Assembly (NCBI GenBank): GCA_965204535.1
Contig: CBDBEV010000001.1
Coordinates: forward strand, 1 to 64,000
Length of the DNA: 64,000 nt
Reading direction: 5' to 3'
Source: a bacterium
Lineage (GTDB): Bacteria; UBA8248
Positions within the stretch are counted from its first letter, which is position 1. Every line of letters starts with the position of its first letter. A program made the translations under genes and the position numbers. Positions 20,401 to 29,600 of the stretch are shown piece by piece. The notes beneath the pieces were generated by a model that searched no databases, was not told the origin of the DNA, and saw nothing but the letters and a program-made list of their open reading frames with translations.

Positions 20401-23400
20401 CCCCGGCGCGAACGCCGGGCTCAGCGCCACCGCCCCCGAACCGGCCGTGAGCGCGAGCCCGCACAGCGGTCCCGCCCCGGCCTCGCAGGCCGGCCGCGCC
20501 ACCACTTGCGTCTCCGGCTCCTTCGCCGCGTCGCTGCGCACCACCGTCAGGGTGTACTTCCGCACCGCCGCCACCTTCGGCACGGACACCTCGATGATGA
20601 CCGGGTTCTCGCCCTCCTTGAGCGCCACCTCGACCGCCGGCGTGCCGGCGTCCACCGGCTTCCCGTTCACCTTCGCCGCCGCCGACGCGTACTTCACCGC
20701 CGGCTTCACCGTCACCCGGTCCACCGCGAGCGGCACCCGCACCTCGTAGCTGCTGCTCTGCGCCTCGAGCGCCACCTCGCCCTGCGCCACCCGCTGCGCC
20801 GGGTCCGGCGACGCCACCGTCAGCGCGCGCAGGCCCAGGCCCCCCGGCCCCGGCAGCGCCAGGTTCGGCGCGTCCAGCCGCGGCGCGTGCGCGTAGGCAT
20901 ACGCGCCGAGCTCCAGGCGCGGCCCGGCCTCCCACAGCACGCACAGCTCCGCCGTCGCCTCCCGCCCGCCGGGCGGGATCTCCACCGTCGCAAGCCCGGC
21001 GAGCGGCGAGGGCAGGGTCCGGGCGGCGGCGGTCCCGCCGCACGCGCCCCACGACGCCGCCCCGATGCCGTTGAGGTGGAGGTGCACCGTCATGCCCGGC
21101 GCGCTCGGCCGGTCGAGGCGCGCCGTCACCGTCACCGTGCCGCCCGCCGCCACGGCCTGCGGGTCCGCCTCCACGACGAGCGCCGTCGGCGGGTTCGGCC
21201 CCTGCACCCGCACCCTGACGGCCGCCGCCGTCAGCGCCGGGTCGTAGGTCCCCGCCGTCACCGTCATCGTCCGCCCCGCGCCCGCCGCGGTCGCGCACAG
21301 CTTCACCGTCGCCTCCCGCTCGCCGGCGGCGAACAGGGCGCCCGTGCCGTGCTCCCAGGCGCAGTCCGGGCCCCAGCGCGCCGCGCCGCCGTCGCCCGCG
21401 GTGTCGAACCACACCTCCATCGCCTTCTTCGCCGGCGCGTCCAGCCGCGCCGTCACCGTCACCGCGCCGCCATGCGCGAGGGCGACGGGGTCCACGCCCA
21501 GCGTCAGCGCCGCCGGCGGGGCCGGCGCCCGCGGCGTGCCCGCGCCGGTGGACCAGCGAACGGGGGTCTCATGGGGATAGGCCAACGGGCGCACCCGCAC
21601 GTCGTAGGCCGTGCCGTTGGCCAGCCCCCCGATCGTGTACGCCGTGCCGGTAGCGTACACGGTCTGGGGCACGCCATTGACAACCCGCGCGCGCCCGGGC
21701 GCCACCCAGCCGGTCGACGGGTCGCCCGGCGTCGTCGCGTCCGCGTCCGGCGCCGGGGACACCTTCCACTGCACCTCGTAGCTGTGGTTCGGGCCCCACA
21801 GCTTGTTCCACGTCAGCGCCAGCGACCCGTCGCCCGTCGCCACCGACAGCACCAGGCCCGCGCTCGGGCCGGCATCGGCCGGCACCCTGCCCGGGGCGTC
21901 GTCGTCGGCGATCCTCACCGTCACCGAGTTCGGCGTGCCCGCCGACACCGACGAGGGCAGCGTGCCCAGGGACACCGTGAAGGTCTCGTCGTCGGTGCCG
22001 TCGTCCTGCGCCGTGGTGATCGTGCCCGTGCCCGTCGTCGACCCGGCGGCGATCGCGATCGACGCCAGCGTGCCGATGTCGCCGGACTCCGCGCTGCCCA
22101 GGCTCACCGTCACCGGGATGGAGACGGTGCCCGCCAGCGCCTCCGACAGCGTCGCCGTCACCGTCACCGGAGACCCCTCCGCCACCGGGTTCGGCGCCGC
22201 CGACAGCGAGACCGCCGGGGTCGTGGCGTCGTTGTCCTGGATGCTCAGCGTGAGCGTGTTCGAGGTCAGCACGGGGTTGGTGCTCGCGGCGCTGAGCACG
22301 AGCGTCTCGTCGGACTCCTCCACCGCGTCGTCGACGATGGTCAGGGTCACCCTGCCCGAGGTCTGCCCCGCGGCGATGGTGAGGGTCGTCGCCGACAGCG
22401 TGTAGTCGGCGCCGGCGCCGCTGCCCGTGGCCGTGCTGGCGCTGCCGACGCTGAGCGTCACCGCCGTGCCGCCCGTGGGCGCCGCCGCGTTGAGCCGCGC
22501 CGTGATGAACACCCCCGCACCGCCTTCGCCGGGCCGCGCGCCGGCCTCCAGCGTCAGCGCGGTGGGGGCAGTCGTGGCGGCCACGGGCGTGCCCGTGCCG
22601 GTCGCCCAGGGGCCGCCGCCGCCCGCGTTCACGGCCTGCACCCGCACCGTGTAGGCGACCCCGTTGGTCAGGCCCGTGATCGCCGCGGTCGTGCCCGTGC
22701 CGCTGTGGCCGGCATCCGCGTAGCCGGTGTCGGGGTCGCCCGTCACGCTCAGGCTCGAGGCGTCGGAACGGCGGTACTGCACCGTGTAGCCGCTCACCGT
22801 CCCCGACGGCGCCGTCCACGACAGGTCCAGCTTCCCGTCGCCCCCCGTCACGTCGAGGCCCGTCGGCGCCGCCGACGGCGCCGCGAGCTTGTTGAGCACC
22901 ACCCGGTAGGTGGTGCTGGTCTCCGCGGTGTCGTCGGAGACGGTCACCGACACCCAGGTCGCCCCGCTCGCGGCCAGGGTCACCGTCTTGGACGTGCCCG
23001 AGGAGGCGAGCGCGGACCCCTGCTGGGTCAGGATGCTGTCGAAGTCCGGCGTCGCCGAGGCGACCGTCGTCTCGACGTTGTGGCCCTCGATCCAGGTGGG
23101 GGTGACCGAGGCGCTGGTGGCCGAGACCGCCACGGTCCCGGTGTAGCTCGTCGTGCTCGTCTTGAAGGCCGGGCTCAGCGTGACCGCGCTGCCGCCCACC
23201 GTCAGCGACAGCCCGACCAGGCTGTCCCGGGTCGCCTCGTCGTCCTGGACGGTCACCGTCACCGAGTTGGGCGTGCCCGCCGACACCGACGAGGGCAGCG
23301 GCGTGCCCAGAGAGACCGTGAAGGTCTCGTGGTCGGCGTCGGTGTCCTGCGCCGTGGTGATGTCGGCGGCGCCCACGGTGAACCCCTGGGCGACGGTGAT

Positions 23401-26385
23401 GCTCGTCAGCGTGCCGATGTCGCCGGCCTCCGCCGAGCCCCGCGTCACCGTCACCGGGATGACCACGTCGCTGCCGAGCGCCGCGGACAGCGTCGCCACG
23501 ATGGTCGCCGACGAGCCCTCCGCCACCACGTTGCTCTGGTCGACCGACAGCGAGACCGTCGGGGTCGCGGCGGGCGGGGTCGTGCCCGAGGCCGCCCGGG
23601 TCACGGTCACGGTATAGGTCCGCTTCGTCGTGCCGTCCTCGGCCGTGACCTCGACCTTGATCGCGTTCGCGCCCTCCGAGAGCGCGATGGCCGAGGTCTC
23701 CGTGCCGCTCGTCACCGCGGTCAGGCTCGTGCCCTTGCCGACCTTGATGGAGGCGCCGGTGTGCGCCTTCGTCGGCGTCAGCTTCACGTGCGTGATACTG
23801 TTCGCCACCGAGGCGGTGTACGAGGTCGTCGTCGCCGAGAAGGTCGACGGGGTCAGCGCGAGCGCCGAGAACGTGCCCGCCGCGCTCGCCGCGCTCTTCA
23901 CCGTCAGACCGCTCAGCTCCGAGTTGGTGGATTGGGTGGCCCCCTTGACCGCGCCGTTGACGCGGATCTTCAACTCGACCGAATTGGTTCTCCAGGCGGT
24001 GCCGGCACGGCCGTGGCGCGTGTCCCCGATGCTCCAGCCCGATGCGCTGCCCGAATCCTCGTTGTTGGTCCTCGTGGTCCGCAGCGACCCGGTGGTGGCG
24101 CCGCTCCTGTAGACGACCACGAAATACGAGGTGCTCGCGGCGAGCGACGTGTTCGACGGCGCGGCAAAGGCGACCGCGCCCGCCCCGACCGTCGACGGGA
24201 CCGTGAGGCTCGCGAGCTTCGAGTCCGGAGCGCCGGCGCCGGTCGCCGACCACAGCTCCGCCCGCAGGTTCGCAGGCGTGCCCACCGCGGCGGCGAAGTC
24301 GATCTCGAGGCTCGCCAGCGTGTAGCCGGCGGTGGCGCTTCCGGTCGTGAACTTCTGGGCGACCGGATTGCTGCCGACCGTGACGGTGGGCGTGAACGTG
24401 GTCTGCCCGAGATTGCTCACCAGCGCGTTGGCGGAGGCGGGCGCGGCGGTCGAGGTGTCGGCGATGGTTATCGTCGTCTTCTCGCTCGCGCGGACCACCG
24501 TGTAGGGCTCGCCGGTGACTTTCTGCAGGAACCAGGTCGCGGTCTCGGCGCCCTCCGTCGTCCCGTCCGCCACCGCGGCCAGCGTGAAGGTCGCGGTCGT
24601 GGCGTTGGCCGGCAGCGCCAGCATCCGCGAGCCCGCGCGCCCGGTCAGCCCGCTGAAGGTGTAGTCCTCGGGATTGTTGGACGAGCTCGGGGTCGTCGCC
24701 AGGACGGCGACCCTGCTGGCCGTGGTCAGCGCGGGCGAGATGTTCACCGTCAGCGTGACGCTCGCGCCCTCGTTGACGCTGTAGGTCGTCGAGGCGAAGC
24801 TCACCTGCGGGGTCGTCGCGGCCGCGCAGGACGCGGCGATTTTCAGGGAGACCGGCGTGCCGGCGGTCCAGCCCGGGTTGGTGCTGGTAAGAATCTGGCT
24901 GGGAGCAATACCGATTGAATACCCGGTCGTGCCGACGCAGAACTTCAGCGCCCGGAGCGCGGCATTCGGGGCAGCGTTGAAACTCACCCCCAGACCAAGG
25001 CCGGAGGAGGCCGCTATTTCGGTGAAATGATATGCGGTGCCGCCAACCGTGAAGCTGTTGTCCGTCAGCCGCGTATCGCAGTCGGTCTTGCTCGTGCACC
25101 CGATCACATTGTTACCGCTCGCCGGCGTCAGCGTCGCCGACCAGGGGGCGGTGGCGGTCGAGGCCGCCCGCGTCACCGTCACGGTGTAGGTCCGCTTCGT
25201 GGTGCCGTCCTCGGCGGTGACCTCGACCTTGATCGCGTTCGCGCCCTCCGAGAGCGCGATCGCCGTGCTCTCCGTGCCGCTGCCCACCGCCGTCAGGCTC
25301 GTGCCCTTGCCGACCTTGACCGTGGCTTTGCCGGTGGCCTCCACCGTGGGCGTCAGCTTGACGTGGGTGATGCTGTTGGCCACCGAGGCGGTGTAGGCGA
25401 GGGTCGCCTTGGCGAAGGTCGCCGGGCTCAGCGCGAGCGCCGAGAACGTCCCCGTCCCGCTCGTCGCGCTCTTCGCCGCCAGCGCGCTCAGGTTCGCGTT
25501 GGTGGACAGCGCGGCCCCCCTGGCCGAGCCGTTGACGCGGATCAGCCGGGTCTCGGTCCAGGTCGACCAGCTGCTCGGGGGGTTGCCGTTGTTGCCCGTG
25601 GCGAAACGGCTCGTGTCGTCGACGCTCCAGCCGGCCGCGGCGCCGCTGTCCTCGCTGTCGCTGGCCGTGTTCAGGATCTGGAATTGCATGTTGGTGGCGG
25701 GGGACCGGCTCGCGGCGCCGCCGATGACGAAGTAGTAAGTAGTGTTCGCCGCGAGCCGGGTGCCCGCCGGCGCGGCGAAGACGATGTTGGCGGGGGTGGC
25801 GCCGCTTGCCGAGATGGTGGCCGGCACCGTCAGATCGGCGAGCTTCACGCCCGGGTTGCCGGTCACGTCCGACCAAAGCTGCGCCCGGAGCTCGCTGGGT
25901 GCGGCCTCGGACTGGTTGGTGCGCGCCTCGATGCTGGTCAGCGTGTAGCCGGCCGTGTTGCTCCCGGTGGTGAACGCCTGGGCGTGCCACCGGTTCGCCC
26001 ACACCCGGCCCCCGCCGGCCGCGGCGGTCTGCCCGACGGTGCTCACCAGCACGTCGGCGGAAGCGGGCGCGGCGGCGAACGGGGAGAACATCCCGAGCAG
26101 CAGCGCGAGGACGGGGAGGAGGGCGGGGAGCAGCGCGAGGCGGCGCCACGCGGACGCGGCCCGGCGGGAGGACGGGACGCGCGAGCGGGTCACGGACTCA
26201 GACCCCCGCAGACGCGGACGCAACTCGGCTCTCGGCTCTCGGCTCTCGGCTCTCGGCTCTCGGCTCTCGGCTCTCGGCTCTCGGCTCTCGGCTCTCGGCT
26301 CTCGGCTCTCGGCTCTCGGCTCTCGGCTCTCGGCTCTTATATTATGGTTATGAGATGATTCCACGCCCGCAGTTGTCAAGTCCAT
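17407..26385 (-). CDS. Giant autotransporter-like adhesin 2 (2992 aa; cadherin-like beta-sandwich, Calx-beta and FN3 repeats, beta-barrel)
   Basis: Repeated NAIKVEVTAEDGTT..YTVTVTRA, DDETFTVSLG and FN3 W..P..Y.V.Y..GL.NG..Y.VRV modules; barrel ending ..KGSKRW. Confidence 0.88.
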   Translation of the reverse strand: MDLTTAGVESSHNHNIRAESREPRAESREPRAESREPRAESREPRAESREPRAELRPRLRGSESVTRSRVPSSRRAASAWRRLALLPALLPVLALLLGMFSPFAAAPASADVLVSTVGQTAAAGGGRVWANRWHAQAFTTGSNTAGYTLTSIEARTNQSEAAPSELRAQLWSDVTGNPGVKLADLTVPATISASGATPANIVFAAPAGTRLAANTTYYFVIGGAASRSPATNMQFQILNTASDSEDSGAAAGWSVDDTSRFATGNNGNPPSSWSTWTETRLIRVNGSARGAALSTNANLSALAAKSATSGTGTFSALALSPATFAKATLAYTASVANSITHVKLTPTVEATGKATVKVGKGTSLTAVGSGTESTAIALSEGANAIKVEVTAEDGTTKRTYTVTVTRAASTATAPWSATLTPASGNNVIGCTSKTDCDTRLTDNSFTVGGTAYHFTEIAASSGLGLGVSFNAAPNAALRALKFCVGTTGYSIGIAPSQILTSTNPGWTAGTPVSLKIAASCAAATTPQVSFASTTYSVNEGASVTLTVNISPALTTASRVAVLATTPSSSNNPEDYTFSGLTGRAGSRMLALPANATTATFTLAAVADGTTEGAETATWFLQKVTGEPYTVVRASEKTTITIADTSTAAPASANALVSNLGQTTFTPTVTVGSNPVAQKFTTGSATAGYTLASLEIDFAAAVGTPANLRAELWSATGAGAPDSKLASLTVPSTVGAGAVAFAAPSNTSLAASTSYFVVVYRSGATTGSLRTTRTNNEDSGSASGWSIGDTRHGRAGTAWRTNSVELKIRVNGAVKGATQSTNSELSGLTVKSAASAAGTFSALALTPSTFSATTTSYTASVANSITHVKLTPTKAHTGASIKVGKGTSLTAVTSGTETSAIALSEGANAIKVEVTAEDGTTKRTYTVTVTRAASGTTPPAATPTVSLSVDQSNVVAEGSSATIVATLSAALGSDVVIPVTVTRGSAEAGDIGTLTSITVAQGFTVGAADITTAQDTDADHETFTVSLGTPLPSSVSAGTPNSVTVTVQDDEATRDSLVGLSLTVGGSAVTLSPAFKTSTTSYTGTVAVSATSASVTPTWIEGHNVETTVASATPDFDSILTQQGSALASSGTSKTVTLAASGATWVSVTVSDDTAETSTTYRVVLNKLAAPSAAPTGLDVTGGDGKLDLSWTAPSGTVSGYTVQYRRSDASSLSVTGDPDTGYADAGHSGTGTTAAITGLTNGVAYTVRVQAVNAGGGGPWATGTGTPVAATTAPTALTLEAGARPGEGGAGVFITARLNAAAPTGGTAVTLSVGSASTATGSGAGADYTLSATTLTIAAGQTSGRVTLTIVDDAVEESDETLVLSAASTNPVLTSNTLTLSIQDNDATTPAVSLSAAPNPVAEGSPVTVTATLSEALAGTVSIPVTVSLGSAESGDIGTLASIAIAAGSTTGTGTITTAQDDGTDDETFTVSLGTLPSSVSAGTPNSVTVRIADDDAPGRVPADAGPSAGLVLSVATGDGSLALTWNKLWGPNHSYEVQWKVSPAPDADATTPGDPSTGWVAPGRARVVNGVPQTVYATGTAYTIGGLANGTAYDVRVRPLAYPHETPVRWSTGAGTPRAPAPPAALTLGVDPVALAHGGAVTVTARLDAPAKKAMEVWFDTAGDGGAARWGPDCAWEHGTGALFAAGEREATVKLCATAAGAGRTMTVTAGTYDPALTAAAVRVRVQGPNPPTALVVEADPQAVAAGGTVTVTARLDRPSAPGMTVHLHLNGIGAASWGACGGTAAARTLPSPLAGLATVEIPPGGREATAELCVLWEAGPRLELGAYAYAHAPRLDAPNLALPGPGGLGLRALTVASPDPAQRVAQGEVALEAQSSSYEVRVPLAVDRVTVKPAVKYASAAAKVNGKPVDAGTPAVEVALKEGENPVIIEVSVPKVAAVRKYTLTVVRSDAAKEPETQVVARPACEAGAGPLCGLALTAGSGAVALSPAFAPGVTFYRASVPAGTAGVTLAPRWSGEASVFAGSRWGAATFTRPARVRPSGTALDLALAPDGGTTELWVMAVGSSGRKTYRIDVTGAPAAVAVSLSATPNPVAEGSPVTVTAVLAKALAADVAIPLTVTRGTSEDGDHGTLASVTVPAGFTSASGTIATGDDADGDDETFTVALGSLPSGLSAGASSSVEVTITDDGAQQQQASSDATLSALTGSTSGDGASFGDALALSPAFSPATASYSASVPHGATHARLTPTANDAGAAVRAGRGTSLSAVAAGGSSGAIALAVGDNALAVEVTAADGTVRTYAVTVARAGPPLTAAFEGAPPEHDGSGAFWLKVRFSEALGEGAVAPVPASFKVRAGQARKVERIEAGLWRVKVKPDAWRDVTVTLADGRGCAEEGAVCAAGGRALANAPVAKIGGPVRVRVADARAKEGKDASLDFAVTLSRAASGAVSVDYATADGTATAGEDYTATSGTLTFAPGETARTVRVAILDDAIDEGKETFVLRLSNPQGAYLRGIHREAKGVIANDDPMPGAWLARFGRTAAENVVEAVGARIEGGAGAAGMVLGGQELGLDGSAGREALLARLAERYRREAGARLERGEDAPLTVREVSMSELLLGSSFHMASAGDAGASPGRWSVWGRGARSSFSGKEGVLTLEGDVTTAALGADYERARWLVGVALARSSGDGSYKADGAGDAGELESTLTGVYPYARYRLSGSFSLWGVVGLGSGGMTLTPGGASPVDADLDMGMAAGGARGVLLPARAPGGFELALRADVLVTDTRSDAAAGLAETETGTSRVRLALEGSRSLRFGDAVLTPSVEIGFRNDSGDAETGGGVEAGGSVRWTSGALTTEVRARGLISHNEGGYEEWGVSASVAYAPGSGGRGLTLRAGSSWGASAGGAERLWSQAAGLAPAGAFEPGAAGFEAEAAWGLDAPRGLLTPYTGVAVSGNGETWRAGARWKPGAATEVSLEASLTEQAGGGRPEGGLLLKGSKRW
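26224..26335 (+). repeat. Heptamer microsatellite (CTCGGCT)x16 in the 5' region of adhesin 2
   Basis: 112 nt of perfect repeat; translates as RAESREP repeats on the minus strand. Confidence 0.97.
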
Positions 26386-26622
26386 TACCCATGCCCCCTG
26401 ATAAGTCCCGGCGTTTACCGGGAAGCGCGAACGCCGGAACGCCGGGTTCGGTTTGTCCTCCTCCGCCCGAAGCCGTTTCAGCCTGCTGCCGGCATCCTGC
26501 CATGGTTCATGATCCCCAACTCCTCGCCACCCTCCGCCGGCGCCGGCGGGACGACCCGCCGGGAGGGGGGCCGCGATGAAGCGGGGCGGGAGGAACGGCC
26601 CGCGCTTCCCCCGGGTCCGCCC

Positions 26623-29600
26623 CTACCACCGCATCGAGCCCCTGAGCGCCACGCCGTGGACGGAAGCGCCCCCGTCCCTCTCGCGCAGGTCGCCCTCGAG
26701 GCTCATGGTGAGGGACTCGGCGAGCCGGAAGCGCCCGCCCGCGCGGTACGTCTCCCCGCTCCCGGTGAGGGTGAAGCCGGTGTAGGGCGTCAGGAGTCCG
26801 CCCCAGGCGTCGAGGCCCCAGCCCGCCTCGGCGTCGAAGCCCGCCACGGGGTCGAACGCTCCTCCCGCGAAGCTCCCCCCGGCCCGGGACCAGAGCCGCT
26901 CGGCGCCGCCCGCGGCCGCGCCCCAGGAAGAACCCGCCCGGAGCGTGAGGCCCCGTCCGTCCGAACCCGGCGCGTACCCCACCGAGGCGCTCACGCCCCA
27001 TTCCTCATAACCGCCGGCGCCGTGGGCGATGAGGCCGCGCGCTCTCACCTCCGCCGTCAGGGCGCCCGAGGTCCAGCGCAGGCCGCCGCCCGCCTCGACG
27101 CCCCCGCCCGTCTCCGCGTCGCCCGAATCGTTCCGGAACCCTATCTCCACCGAGGGCGTCAGCACCGCATCGCCGAACCTGTACGAGCGCGAACCCTCGA
27201 GGGCGAGCCGCACACGGCTCGTCCCGGCTTCGGTCTCCGCCAGGCCCGCCGCGGCGTCCGAGCGCGTGTCCGTCACCAGGACGTCCGCGCGGAGCGCGAG
27301 CTCGAACCCGCCCGGCCCGCGCGCGGGCAGGAGGACGCCGCGCGCGCCCCCCGCCGCCATTCCCATGTCGAGGTCGGCGTCCATCGACTCAGCCCCCTCG
27401 GGCGTGAGCGTCATCCCGCCCGAGCCCAGGCCCACCACGCCCCAGAGCGAGAACGACCCGCTCACACGGTAGCGCGCGTAGGGCCAGACGCCCGTCAGCG
27501 TGCTCTCCACCTCGCCCGCGCAGCCCGTATCGCACGCGCCGCCCATTTTGTACGAGCCGTCGCCCGAACTCCGCGAGAGCGCCACGCCCACCAGCCAGCG
27601 CGACCGCTCGTAGTCGAAGCCCACGGTCGCCGTCGTCACGTCGCCCTCGAGCGAGAGACCGCCCCCGGCGCCCTCGAACGAGGAGCGCGCCCCGCGGCCC
27701 CACAGCGACCAGCGCGAGCCGGCGTCCATATTCTCCGCCGAGGCCATGTGAAACGAACTCGCGAGCAGGAGGTCGCTCATCGAGACCTCGCGCACCGAAG
27801 GCGCCGGCATCTCCTCGCCGCGCCCGAGACGGGCGTCCCTCTCCTTCAAGAGGGCCTCGGCGAGGCGCGACTCGATGGCCTCGCGCTCCGCCTTGCCGCC
27901 CGTGAGGCTGTGGCCGCCCAGCACGACGCCCGCGGCGGCGCCGCCCCCGATGCGCGCGCCCACCGCTTCCACCACGTTCTCCGCCGCCGTGCGCCCGAAC
28001 CGCGACAGCCACATCGCCTGCAGCGGGTCGTCGTTCCTGATGACCCCCTTCGCCTCGCGGTGCATCTTGCGCAGATACGCCCCCTGCGGGTTCGAGAGCG
28101 TGAGACTGAACGTCTCCTTGCCCTCGTCATGCGAGTCGTCGAGCAGCGCCACCGGGACCGTCTTCGCCGTCTCGCCCGGCGCGAAGACGAGCGTGCCCGA
28201 CGCGGCCGTGTAGTCCGCCCCCGCCGCCGCCGTGCCGTCCTTCGTCGCGTAGTCCACCGACACCGGCCCCGACGCCGCGCGGTGGAGCGTCACCGCGAAG
28301 TCGAGCGAGGCGTCCTTGCCCTCCTTCGCCCGCGCGTCCGCGACCCGGATGCGCGCCGGGCCCGGGACCTTCGCCGACGCCTCGCCGAGCGCGATCTTCA
28401 CGTCCTTCCAGGAACTCGGCGCGACGCGGACCCGCCACAGCACCGGGTCCAGCGGCTCCACGCCCGTGACCGTCCCGGCCGTCACCTTGAACGCGTCGGC
28501 AGCGGGCTCCGAGCCCGACTGCACGTCGAGGACGAACGCCGTCCGCCCGTCATGCTCCTCCGGGACCTTGCCGAACTCTACCGCCACGGTCTGGGCCTCT
28601 TCTTCCGGCGGGGTCTGTTCCTCGGGCACCTGCGCCTGCACCTGCGCCTCGGTCACCTCGATGCGGTAGTCCGTGGTCGTCAACCCCGGTTCGGACACCG
28701 TCACCTCCAGCCTGGTCGGGCCGTCCGGCGACAGCGGCAGCGCCGCCGCCGTGCCGGAGCCATGGACCCGCTGCCGCGACAGAAGCGTCAGATGCGGCGC
28801 CGGCCGGCGCGAGCGCGCCCACACGGTCGGCGCGGCCGCCGCGCCCCACGACGGTTCCAGCGACACCGCACGGGTCCCCGCCGGGACCTCCGCCCGGTAC
28901 GACTTCACCCCCGGCGAGAAGGCCGGAACCAGCGCCACCGCCTGCGAGCCCGCCGTGAGCGCAAGACCGCTCAGCGGACCGCCCGCCGCCGCCGTCTGCG
29001 GCGCCGCAGCCCCGGCCACCTCGACGCGGTACGTCGTGGTCGTCCCCTGCAATCGCTTCCCCGAACCGTCCGGTTCGAGCACCGTCACCTCCAGCCTGGT
29101 CGGGCCGGACGGCGACAGCGCCAGCGCCGCCGCCGTGCCGGAGGCGTGAACCTGCGCCTGCGCCAGCATCGCCGCTGGCCCTTGCGAAACCAAAACCACG
29201 CTCGGCGAGCCGCCCAGCTCGGCCTCCGCGCCCCAGTGCGGCGCCAGCGTCACGCCCGCCGTCCCCGCCGGGACCTCCGCCCGGTAGGACAGCACATTCG
29301 GCGAGAAGGCCGGGACCAGCGCCACCGCCTGCGAGCCGGCCGAGAGCGCAAGACCGCTCAGCGGACCGCCCGCCGCCGCGCGCGCCGCCGCCAGCCGCTG
29401 CTTCTCCGCCTCCGCGGCCGCCTCCGCCGCGAGCCGCGCCGCCTCCGTCTCCTCGTCCTCGTGGTTCGTAATCGTCAGGGTGAGCTCGGCAGCGCCCATG
29501 TAGGTCAGCAGGCTTGTCCGCCTGCTGCACGTCGGGCAGTTCTCTACTTGCCTGCCGGTGTACTGAATGCCCGCATGGTCCGCCCTGACGCCGATGTCGA